DNA of 39,119 nucleotides from Myxococcota bacterium (GTDB lineage Bacteria; Myxococcota; JACRCW01): NCBI GenBank assembly GCA_040752415.1, contig JBFMGU010000084.1, positions 1 to 39,119 of the forward strand, read 5' to 3'. Shown piece by piece: positions 17,287 to 25,689 of this stretch (position 1 is its first letter; each line of letters starts with the position of its first letter). The notes under the pieces were generated by a model. It saw only the letters and a program-made list of their open reading frames with translations, ran no database searches and was not told where the DNA came from. The position numbers and the translations under genes were made by a program.

Positions 17287-19893
17287 ATGGAGAGAACAGC
17301 CATGAGTCATTTCAACGTGATGCGCCGCGCCGCCTGGGCCGGCCTGTTGGTGGGGGCGCTGGACCCCTCACGTGCGCTCGCGGCCATGCCGTGCGACGCC
17401 ACCGACGACGTGCCCTGCACGTTCCAGATCCAACAGCTTGAGCTGCAGCCCGTGCCGCAGACCTTCAAGTTCCAGGCGCGCGTCTCCCAGGCCAAGCTGC
17501 CCATTGGTGACGGCCTGTTCAACAAGGTGATCGTGAACCTCAAGAGCGCCGACGAGGTGCTGTGCGCGGAGGAGTTCTCCAACGTGCGCGTGACGGGGAG
17601 CGTGATCAACCTGGAAGTCGGCCGCAACATGAGCTGCGAGCTGGACCAGGTCATCGCCGAGAACCACGACCTGTTCTTCCAGATCTGCATTGGCGGCACG
17701 GAGAACTGCCTGCGGCCCATTGCGCTGGGCACCACGCCCTACGCGGTGAAGTCCACCTTTGCCAGCCAGGCGGGCACCGCGCACTCCTCCGACGTGGCCG
17801 CGCAAGCCAACTACACGCACCGCGCCACCGCGGACCGGGACCTGTTCATCACCAAGGAGATCGGGCACGGCTACTTTGACTTCGCCACGCCGGATGCCGC
17901 GCCGGACCTCTACAACGACACGGACTTCGTCCAGTACGCCGGCGGCGGCTTCCTCCAGTGGACTCCGCTCAACGAGGCCAATCCCACGTTGAACGTCTGC
18001 GCCAAGGACCCGCTGACCGACCGGCCCAAGCCGTTGGACCAGTTGATGCTGAACAGCAACGTGACGCGCACCACCGGCCGCCTCGACGTGCTCAGCGGCG
18101 GTGCCCACGTGATTGGCGCGTCGGAGGTCACGGGCAACACCGTCATCCGCGGCCAGTTGAAGGTGGACCTCCCCGTGGGGCCCGGGCCGCGCGGCGCCCA
18201 CGTCACCGGTGACTCCTCCATCACCGGCGCGCTGGTGGTGACGGCGGGGGAGACCATCAACGCGGGTGGCCTGCTGGTCCAGGGCGGCGGGTCCAACGTC
18301 ACCGGCAACTCCATCTTCCACAACCACCTTGACGTGTACGGGACGTCGGATTTCGACGGCACCATGACCACCAACGACATCGTGTCCCGGACCGGCATCA
18401 CGGTTCAGAACGGGGGCGTCACGGTGCAGAACGGCGGCGCCACCATCACCGGGAATGAGTCGCTGAGCGGCAGCCTCACCGTCGGGGGCACCTCCACGCT
18501 CGCCGGCGCGCTGACGGTGAACAACAACGGCACGGTGACGGGGAATCTCAACATCGGCGGCGCCACCACCTCCAACGGACCGCTGACGGTGAACAACAAC
18601 GCCTGGGTCACCGGCGTGCTCACCGCGCAGTCCATCGTCGGAGACACCACCTTCTTCAACAGCCAGCAGACCTTCGGGAACAACACCGTGTGGGGCGTCA
18701 GCACCCTGGTGGGCCCCGTCTTTGGCAACACGGCCGTGTTCAATGGCGACGTCCGCGTGAATGGCCGGTTCATCTCCAACAACAACGAGATGGGCGGCGT
18801 CACCGCGGACTTCCTGGTGGGCAACAACCTCACCGTCAATGGGAACTACTTCCAGCGCGGAGCCGACTTCGTCTTCACCAACCTGCCCGGTCGCGGCGAC
18901 GGTGGACGTGCCCTGGTGCACGAGGTGGGCGACGTGTTGGCCATCAACTTCGCGGGGGACTTCACCAACGTCCGCGTTGATAGCGACATCTACATGCAGC
19001 GGAGCTCCTTCACCCAGCTTGACCACTGGGTGCGCCAGAACTTCATCGTTCGCGGGGATTGGTACATGGAAGGCAACGGGAACGGTGACGGCGGCCTCGC
19101 CTTCCACCACGGCGGCGGTGACACGCTCTACATCAACGTCTTCAACTCGCTCTCCGGCGGCACGGTGATCGACAGCAGCCTCACCGTCACCGGCAACGCG
19201 ACGACGTACGGGCGGCTCACCAGCAACGACATCGTCACCAACCAGTATTACATGGGCGGCGGTGGTGGCCGGGCGATGTCGCTGGGGGGCGGTGACACGC
19301 TGGTCATCAACGCGGGCGGCGACCACGGCGGCGGCACCCGCATCGAGGGTTTCGAGCTGAACTTCGCGGGCGCCGACTTCAGGATGGGCTATGCCCCCCG
19401 CGGCGCCGGTGGTCGCGCCCTGGTGCACGGCGGCGGAAACGAGCTGATCATCAGTTTTGGCGGGGACTTCTCTTCCATCAAGACGTCAAGCGTGCTTGTT
19501 CCGGAAGCGGGTCTGGACCTGCGGGGTCATGGATACAGCGTGGCCGGGGCCCTGGATTGGGGGAGCTTCGACATCTACGTCCGAACCAATCCGGGTGCCA
19601 TCTGTGCCGCCGGGTATCATCCCTGCACGGCCTGGGAGGCCATGGTCCTGGACACCCTGTCCGACAAGCCGCTGTTCTCGAACCTCGGGTGGACGGTGGG
19701 CTCTTTCCCAAACCTGGAGTTCCACCAACGCAGCCTGGTGAACGGCCAAGACTCCGTTGTGTGTCCTGCTGGCAGCCACATCTCCAAGTACCCGTCCACC
19801 TTCACTCTCAACGGCGCCACCTACACGGGCGGGCTGCACTGCGTAGCGGACGGGACGCTCCAGGGGTGGCAGTGCTGCCGCAACAAGCGGTGA
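17287..19893 (+). CDS. Secreted phage-tail-fibre-like protein (MAT-like N-terminal domain, Gly/Asn/Thr/Val beta-repeat shaft, Cys-rich tip)
   Basis: Signal peptide ending SRALA|A (alternative ATG at 17302). N-domain VPQTFKFQARV...EEFSNVRVTGSVINLEVG...LFFQICIGG...IALGTTPYA. Shaft of LTVNNNGTVTGNLNIGG-type repeats, then four GGRALVH...L.IN..GDF-like repeats. The C-terminus is Cys-rich. Confidence 0.75.
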   Translation: MERTAMSHFNVMRRAAWAGLLVGALDPSRALAAMPCDATDDVPCTFQIQQLELQPVPQTFKFQARVSQAKLPIGDGLFNKVIVNLKSADEVLCAEEFSNVRVTGSVINLEVGRNMSCELDQVIAENHDLFFQICIGGTENCLRPIALGTTPYAVKSTFASQAGTAHSSDVAAQANYTHRATADRDLFITKEIGHGYFDFATPDAAPDLYNDTDFVQYAGGGFLQWTPLNEANPTLNVCAKDPLTDRPKPLDQLMLNSNVTRTTGRLDVLSGGAHVIGASEVTGNTVIRGQLKVDLPVGPGPRGAHVTGDSSITGALVVTAGETINAGGLLVQGGGSNVTGNSIFHNHLDVYGTSDFDGTMTTNDIVSRTGITVQNGGVTVQNGGATITGNESLSGSLTVGGTSTLAGALTVNNNGTVTGNLNIGGATTSNGPLTVNNNAWVTGVLTAQSIVGDTTFFNSQQTFGNNTVWGVSTLVGPVFGNTAVFNGDVRVNGRFISNNNEMGGVTADFLVGNNLTVNGNYFQRGADFVFTNLPGRGDGGRALVHEVGDVLAINFAGDFTNVRVDSDIYMQRSSFTQLDHWVRQNFIVRGDWYMEGNGNGDGGLAFHHGGGDTLYINVFNSLSGGTVIDSSLTVTGNATTYGRLTSNDIVTNQYYMGGGGGRAMSLGGGDTLVINAGGDHGGGTRIEGFELNFAGADFRMGYAPRGAGGRALVHGGGNELIISFGGDFSSIKTSSVLVPEAGLDLRGHGYSVAGALDWGSFDIYVRTNPGAICAAGYHPCTAWEAMVLDTLSDKPLFSNLGWTVGSFPNLEFHQRSLVNGQDSVVCPAGSHISKYPSTFTLNGATYTGGLHCVADGTLQGWQCCRNKR

Positions 19894-19951
19894 GGATGGG
19901 TTTGGGAAGTTCGCGGCGGTGCGAAGGACCTGACGTCGTGGGTGAGAAGCC

Positions 19952-20518
19952 ATGCAAGTGCTGACGAGAACATGGACTCTGGGGATTGCGGCTGCCGCCC
20001 TCCTGACGAGCTGCGCGCAGCCATCGTCGTCCACTGGCAATTCTGCCCCGTCGTCGTCGGTCGCCGCGCCCGACACTCCCGGGACGGCGCCGCGGGAAAG
20101 GAAGGACCCCGTCCCGGGCGTGCGTGAACTGGTCCGGCCTGTGGCCCCCGACGAGGTGGTCTACGTGGTTTCCTTCCCCAGCAACGGGACCGCCCTCCCG
20201 CCGCGCATGGCCGAGGTCTTCCTGCGCCACTCCGACGACTTGGAGCTGGTGGAAGCCGTGGCACTTGCTGGCGCCCTCGGAGCCGGGAAGACGCTGGTTT
20301 CGCAGGCCAAGCCCGGGGTGGCGCGCCTGGTGCTCTACGCCGCCGACAACACGAATGCGCTGCTCCCCGGGGACTGGGTGGCGGTCCGATTCCGCAAGGT
20401 GGTCTCCGGTCCGGCGCGGGCGGAGTTGGCCTATGACCGGACGTCGTTTGCGCCGGCAACCGTGATTCCGGGTCCGCAGACGCTGACGTTGCACGAGCTG
20501 GGGGAGGTTACCCCATGA
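19952..20518 (+). CDS. Small lipoprotein consisting of one cohesin-like domain
   Basis: Lipobox AAAALLTS|C and a Ser/Pro linker. The domain PPRMAEVFLRHSDDLEL...GALGAGKTLV...GVARLVLY...LLPGDWVAVRF aligns by eye with the 9244 protein. Confidence 0.75.
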   Translation: MQVLTRTWTLGIAAAALLTSCAQPSSSTGNSAPSSSVAAPDTPGTAPRERKDPVPGVRELVRPVAPDEVVYVVSFPSNGTALPPRMAEVFLRHSDDLELVEAVALAGALGAGKTLVSQAKPGVARLVLYAADNTNALLPGDWVAVRFRKVVSGPARAELAYDRTSFAPATVIPGPQTLTLHELGEVTP

Positions 20519-23500
20519 AACGTGTCCTTCCCATCCTGACGACGTGGGCACTGGTCATCACTGCGCCCAACGCGCACGCGCAGGTCTCCTCCGCGGACAA
20601 CCTCTGCGTCGACGCGGGCGGCATGGGAGAGCCCTGCTCCAGCGAGGCTGATTGCGCCACGCGCTCCTACGCCACGGACTGCGTGCAGCTCGTGGCCAAT
20701 GACCCCGCCAGCCGCTCCTGCCAGGCCCCCTGCGGCCGCAGCAACGGAAACGGCGGGACCATTGCCGACCGCGCCGCCTGCGGACTGGGTGAGACCTGCG
20801 TGGCCAGCCCCGGGGACGGCAGCTTCTACTGCAAGCCCGCCAAGTTCCGGATGGACCTGAACCTGCTGGACCAGTGCATCTCGCACTTCCTGCGAGGCAC
20901 CGAGCCGTCGCTGGGCAGCACCAATGAATGCTCCCTGGAGGCCAACCTCAACCGCTTCCTGGACCAGGACTCCGACCTCGACTTTGACATCTTCGACACG
21001 CAGCGCTGCATCCAGGCATTCCTGGCCCAGCCGGAGTGCGACACCTCCGTGGGCGCCTGCCCCAGCGACGACCTGACCTTCTGCACCTCCGACGACGACT
21101 GCGGTCCCGGCCTCCACTGCGGCGAGGGGAACTTCTGCACGCGGGAGTGCGGCTTCATTGCCAGCCGGGAACCCGGCGTGGGGCTCATTGAGCGGCAGTG
21201 CGCGGGGCGGCTGAAGACCTGCAACTACGAGCGCGGCCGCTGCGACGTCACCGACGTGGAGCTGTTCTCCTGCGCGGTGGACCGGGATTGCCCGTCGGGG
21301 AGCTACTGCTTCCTGGGGCGGTGCGCGGAGACGTGCTCGCGCGCCATTGATTGCCCGGATTCCCAGTGGTTCTGCACCGCGAACAACCGCTGCCGCGTGC
21401 GTCCCTCCCCCGACGCGGAACCGGGGTTTGTCTTTGACCCGCGCAACTACGCCATCCTGTTTGGCACCAATGACGTGGAGCTCACGCCGATTGAGAACGA
21501 GACGGAGGCGCCGCTGCTCATCATGGATCTCACCACCAAGAAGGAGGTGCGTGGGAATCCGTCGGTGGGGTTTGGCTACCGCGTGGAGGTGACGTACGCG
21601 CTCAAGCAGGACCAGCGCTGCAACAAGTCCCCGGATGAATGGACGCTGGAGGAGCGCGCGGACTGCCTCATCGACGACACCGAGGAGTTCGTCACCGCGC
21701 TCAACCCCTACGGGACCATCTTTGCCGTGGGGCAGCCCGGACTCCGCATCCGTCTCAACACGGGGGCCGCGGACCGCCTGACGCCGGGCTCCTACATGGC
21801 CACCGTCAGCGTGATCTTCGACAACGGCTACCAGGACCGCTTCCTGGTCCGCTACGTCAAGACCACGCCGTCGGGCGAGTACACGGGGACCATGAACGTG
21901 TACGTCGGTCGCGAGGACAACTCGCTCAACGGCAGCAGGCCCATGGTGATTACCGCCAAGCTGGACATCCGCCCCACGGTCATGCGCTGGACGGACCTGC
22001 TTGCGGCCGAGAACATGGGTGGGGGTGAGGACCTGGTGGACCTGACGGAGGGTTACCTGGTCCACGGCCTCATCCACGGCAACGAGGCACTTCCTTTCGC
22101 CTGGCCCAACGCCACCTCGCCCGGTCAGAACGAGATTCCCGTCAAGGGACTGTACTCGCCGCAGCTGGGCCGGATGCGCTTGCTCTCCGTCATCGACATT
22201 CCCGCGAACTTCTGCATCTCCCAGGCCGGTCCGTGTGACCCGAGCGCGGATGACCTCAAGGTGCAGAACCTGTTTGGTCGCGACCTGCGGCGCATCATCC
22301 AGTTCGCGGGGACGTTTGACGACCTCACGCGGCGCTTCTTTGGCATCTACCGCGAGCGCGTGGCGGGCCTCATTCCCACCGGGGAGCTGACGCTGGACGG
22401 GTCCTTTGTGCTCTCCCAGAAGCTCCCCGACGAGTCCGAGGTCCCCCTGACCGACCCGCTGCGTCCGGTGAGCAAGCCCGCCACCATCAGCTTCCCCTCG
22501 TTGTCCGCGCTGCGCACCGCGGTGGACGCGGAGGTGACGCAGTACTGCGCGTCGCATTCCGCCGAGCGCAGCAAGTTCAGCAGCGCTTCCGCGTACCGGA
22601 CCTACCTCGGTCAGCCGGACTTCCCCGTTTTCGACGACGTGGTGGAGTTCAAGGCGCTGGTGCAGGACGGGTTGGACAACATCCTCAGCTCCGATGACCG
22701 CGCCGACGACGCGTTGACGCTCTATGACTTCCTCACCGGGCGCATCGTCCTGTGCGGCGAGGAGGAGGTGGGAGGGGAGGGCCCCGGCACCACGCCCGCG
22801 CCCGCCTGTGTGGACGAGGAGAAGCTGCGCTGCGGCCTGGCCTTGTACCGTCGGGCGATCATCAACCAGTTCGTGGACACTTCCGACCTGGGCAACGCAG
22901 GCACGGGCGAGCTGCAGCTCTTCTGCACCGCCACGCTGCCCACCAGTGGCTGCGGCCTCCCCGCGGCCGACCACCGCGCGCTGCGGACCCTCCAGGAGCA
23001 CAACCGCTTCCACCAGGAGCTGTCCCAGGCCACCAAGTTCCAGGCGGACCGCGACGTCAGCGACGCGTTCTTTGCCCTGTACCGCAACCGCGTGAACCCG
23101 TTCACGCAGGGCGCGGCGCTCTCCTTCAAGGCAGACAAGCTCAAGAGCGCGTTCGAGCTGCACAACTCGCTGCTGAGCCTGTTCACCACCACAACCGCGT
23201 CCTCCGTCCTGTTCAACTGGCCCATGAGCCGCTTCCAGGGCATTGGCACGGAGTGGCTGCGGCAGATGCAGGTCCTGGCGCGTGACCGCCTGGAGGCACA
23301 GGCGCAGCTCGTCGATCTCCGTCGGCGCGTGTTTGCCAGCAGCACCTCCGGGGACCAGCTCCTGGGTGAGCACCTGGCACAGCAGGAGTACCTGCTCCAG
23401 GCCTACCTGATTGCGCTGCAGCGCCAGTGGCAGGGAGCGGACTTCAACTACGCCGGCGACGCCAAGCGCGCGTTCGACCAGGTGTCCGAGATGCTCCTGC

Positions 23501-25689
23501 AGCTCCACGAGTCGCGGAACCCGTTGGGCATCAGCCCGGACCGCGTGTTCTTCGAGAACAGCGATCCCACCAAGGTCAACTGGCACAACTACCTGAGCGT
23601 GCTCATCGGTGACGACGGAGACGGCGGGCTCATTGCCAAAGGCCACGCCGAGATCGACGCCGCGGTGACCAACCTCCAGGCCTCCCTGCAGGACGTGGAC
23701 GCGCTGGAGGATTCCATTTTCGACATCAATGACAGCCTGGAGGGCACGCTGACGGAACTGTGTGGCGACAGCACGCCGCGCTCCTGCACCGAGCTGATCA
23801 ACCTCTTCAACAGCCGCAACGGCGGCAACGCCACGCAGGTGATCAACACCATCACCCAGAACCTGACCACCAACTGCTCTTTCAGCCTGGCGCCCAGCAT
23901 CGACTGCGGCGGGTTGGTGACGGCCTTCAAGGGGTCGGTGGCCACGGACCCGCCGTGTCCGTTGAACGCGCTGAACCACACCATCAGCGTGCGGGGTGAG
24001 CCGCGGGCCTGCGTGGGCGGCGAGATGGGTTCCCTGCTCCAGCAGCGGGAAGCACTGCTCATCGAGCGCGACGGCATGGTGCGCGAGATGCAGACGCTGT
24101 TCAAGCAGATCGAGGAGTTCCTGTCGACGCGGCAATACATCGAGGGAATCAACATCGGCCGCCGGCTGAAGTGGATCATCACCCGCGCCATCGTCTTTGG
24201 CCTCACCGTGGCGGACAAGGGAACCAAGACGGCGGAGGAAATCACCTCCGAGGCCCTCGAAGGCGCCGACTGCGTGATCATCGCCGGATTCGCGGTGGGT
24301 ACGAGCTGCGGCGGGAGTGTGGCTGCCGGCGTGGGCAAGTCGGCGATTACCGCGGCGCGCGGCATCGTGGAGGCCTTGCTGGAGGCGGTCAAGGATGAGC
24401 TCGAGAACATCCTCGAGATCTTCGACATGGAGTACGACTTCGCCGTCGATAGGCGCGAGGCCCAGCGCGAGCTGGCGGACATGAAGACCGGCGTGGACGG
24501 CTTCTACGCCGCCTACAAGGCCAACCAGCAGGCGCTCTTTGACCTCGAGGTGCAGATTGAGCAGGTGCGGTTCCTGGCGGAGGACGCCGCCGCCGGGACC
24601 AGCGACCGCCTGGGGCTGCTGCTCGATCACCTGGTGGGCCGTGAGTCCGGGAGCGTGCTGGTGGGGAACCACCTCGTGGGGCAGTCCGCGCGGACGTTCC
24701 GTCGGGCGCTCAACGTGACCTACCGCATGGTGCTGGCATTCGCCCACCGCTACAACCTGCCGGACTCCGACGTCACCGCCCTCACTACGCAGGTGTTCCA
24801 GGCGGTCACGCTGGATGACATCGAGTCGGTGATCAACACGCTGGCGGAGATGGAGCGGACCTACTGCAGCCGCGAGTCCATTGATTGCGACGCGTTCAAC
24901 AACCTCAACGTCATGCGGTTCTCGTTACGGGACGAGCTGTTCCCGCAGCTCCGGGACATCGTGGACCCGGTTACCGGCTCCGTGGTCACCCGCGGGCAGC
25001 AGTTCCACAACATCATCACGTCTCCTCCGTACCTGCGTCGGCGCGTCCGGGGCGTGTGGCCGGTGGACCAGATCGAGATTCCGTTCTCCATCTTCCTGCA
25101 GAAGCAGGACAACATGGATCCGCCGCGCTGGCTGCTGGACCCCACCCAGTGCAATCACATCCTCGACGGAGACGCCTCCGGGGATCCCTCCACCGGCGGC
25201 ACGGTGGCGGTGAACGTGGTGGGGACCAACCTGGGCGACTCCAGCCGCTCCGTCAGCTACGAGCTGGGTCGCGGTCACATTGACTATCTCCGCGCCTGCC
25301 ACGCGGAGGCGTTCCAGGCGGAGATCGGCACCGACCCGATCCTGGATTACCCGATTGAGACGCAGGTGGTGGGCTACGCGCCCGAGAGCGTGGAAGGTCA
25401 GCTCATCACGCCGCCCACGTACTACGTCCGCTCCGGTGAGCTCCCCGCTTGCATCAACGAGGCGGAGAGCCGCGGCGTCCTCCCGGATGCCTCCTGTTGG
25501 CGCTTCTTCGCGCGGGACCGTGCGTTGGCCGCCCCGGACTACACGCTCTACATCCCGCTAAGCATCGACGGCGCGGAGACGGGGAATACCTGGGTCACCG
25601 GTGAGGGCCTGCCGGAGGCGCAGCGCCCCGTCATCGAGGACATCGTGGTCTACCTGCGCTACCGCTCCCGCCCCATTTCCGAGCCGTGA
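20515..25689 (+). CDS. Large secreted protein (1724 aa) with Cys-rich N-terminus, dockerin-like loop, and a helical/coiled-coil C-terminal half with a hydrophobic hairpin (putative Tc toxin A-like channel region)
   Basis: ATGA overlap. Signal peptide MKRVLPILTTWALVITAPNAHA|Q. DQDSDLDFDIFD loop. Heptad-rich helices flank the Gly/Ala hydrophobic stretch WIITRAIVFGLTVA...CVIIAGFAVGTSCGGSVAAGVGKSAITAARGIV. The ORF is certain; the TcA likeness is inferred. Confidence 0.7.
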   Translation: MKRVLPILTTWALVITAPNAHAQVSSADNLCVDAGGMGEPCSSEADCATRSYATDCVQLVANDPASRSCQAPCGRSNGNGGTIADRAACGLGETCVASPGDGSFYCKPAKFRMDLNLLDQCISHFLRGTEPSLGSTNECSLEANLNRFLDQDSDLDFDIFDTQRCIQAFLAQPECDTSVGACPSDDLTFCTSDDDCGPGLHCGEGNFCTRECGFIASREPGVGLIERQCAGRLKTCNYERGRCDVTDVELFSCAVDRDCPSGSYCFLGRCAETCSRAIDCPDSQWFCTANNRCRVRPSPDAEPGFVFDPRNYAILFGTNDVELTPIENETEAPLLIMDLTTKKEVRGNPSVGFGYRVEVTYALKQDQRCNKSPDEWTLEERADCLIDDTEEFVTALNPYGTIFAVGQPGLRIRLNTGAADRLTPGSYMATVSVIFDNGYQDRFLVRYVKTTPSGEYTGTMNVYVGREDNSLNGSRPMVITAKLDIRPTVMRWTDLLAAENMGGGEDLVDLTEGYLVHGLIHGNEALPFAWPNATSPGQNEIPVKGLYSPQLGRMRLLSVIDIPANFCISQAGPCDPSADDLKVQNLFGRDLRRIIQFAGTFDDLTRRFFGIYRERVAGLIPTGELTLDGSFVLSQKLPDESEVPLTDPLRPVSKPATISFPSLSALRTAVDAEVTQYCASHSAERSKFSSASAYRTYLGQPDFPVFDDVVEFKALVQDGLDNILSSDDRADDALTLYDFLTGRIVLCGEEEVGGEGPGTTPAPACVDEEKLRCGLALYRRAIINQFVDTSDLGNAGTGELQLFCTATLPTSGCGLPAADHRALRTLQEHNRFHQELSQATKFQADRDVSDAFFALYRNRVNPFTQGAALSFKADKLKSAFELHNSLLSLFTTTTASSVLFNWPMSRFQGIGTEWLRQMQVLARDRLEAQAQLVDLRRRVFASSTSGDQLLGEHLAQQEYLLQAYLIALQRQWQGADFNYAGDAKRAFDQVSEMLLQLHESRNPLGISPDRVFFENSDPTKVNWHNYLSVLIGDDGDGGLIAKGHAEIDAAVTNLQASLQDVDALEDSIFDINDSLEGTLTELCGDSTPRSCTELINLFNSRNGGNATQVINTITQNLTTNCSFSLAPSIDCGGLVTAFKGSVATDPPCPLNALNHTISVRGEPRACVGGEMGSLLQQREALLIERDGMVREMQTLFKQIEEFLSTRQYIEGINIGRRLKWIITRAIVFGLTVADKGTKTAEEITSEALEGADCVIIAGFAVGTSCGGSVAAGVGKSAITAARGIVEALLEAVKDELENILEIFDMEYDFAVDRREAQRELADMKTGVDGFYAAYKANQQALFDLEVQIEQVRFLAEDAAAGTSDRLGLLLDHLVGRESGSVLVGNHLVGQSARTFRRALNVTYRMVLAFAHRYNLPDSDVTALTTQVFQAVTLDDIESVINTLAEMERTYCSRESIDCDAFNNLNVMRFSLRDELFPQLRDIVDPVTGSVVTRGQQFHNIITSPPYLRRRVRGVWPVDQIEIPFSIFLQKQDNMDPPRWLLDPTQCNHILDGDASGDPSTGGTVAVNVVGTNLGDSSRSVSYELGRGHIDYLRACHAEAFQAEIGTDPILDYPIETQVVGYAPESVEGQLITPPTYYVRSGELPACINEAESRGVLPDASCWRFFARDRALAAPDYTLYIPLSIDGAETGNTWVTGEGLPEAQRPVIEDIVVYLRYRSRPISEP

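Noticed and set aside
17302..17385. Twin-arginine (Tat) signal in the fibre (MRRAAW) and in the 25686 lipoprotein (LRRLSL)
   Set aside because: Neither matches the S/T-R-R-x-F-L-K consensus well, and RR pairs are common in high-GC n-regions.
17287..19893. Prophage or contractile injection system origin of the fibre gene
   Set aside because: The fibre has a signal peptide, and no capsid, sheath, tube, baseplate, integrase or lysis genes are present.
9244..20518. Cellulosome interpretation of the cohesin-like domains
   Set aside because: No glycoside hydrolase or canonical duplicated dockerin was recognised in the window.
20431..24747. 1438-aa minus-strand ORF (similarly 3851-8032, 5803-7611, 9891-11756, 13731-15905, 17368-19428, 25716-29513, 27707-29569, 505-2316)
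   Set aside because: These are antisense shadows of plus-strand genes with strong GC3 bias. They have no recognisable motifs, and their repeats simply mirror the sense-strand repeats.
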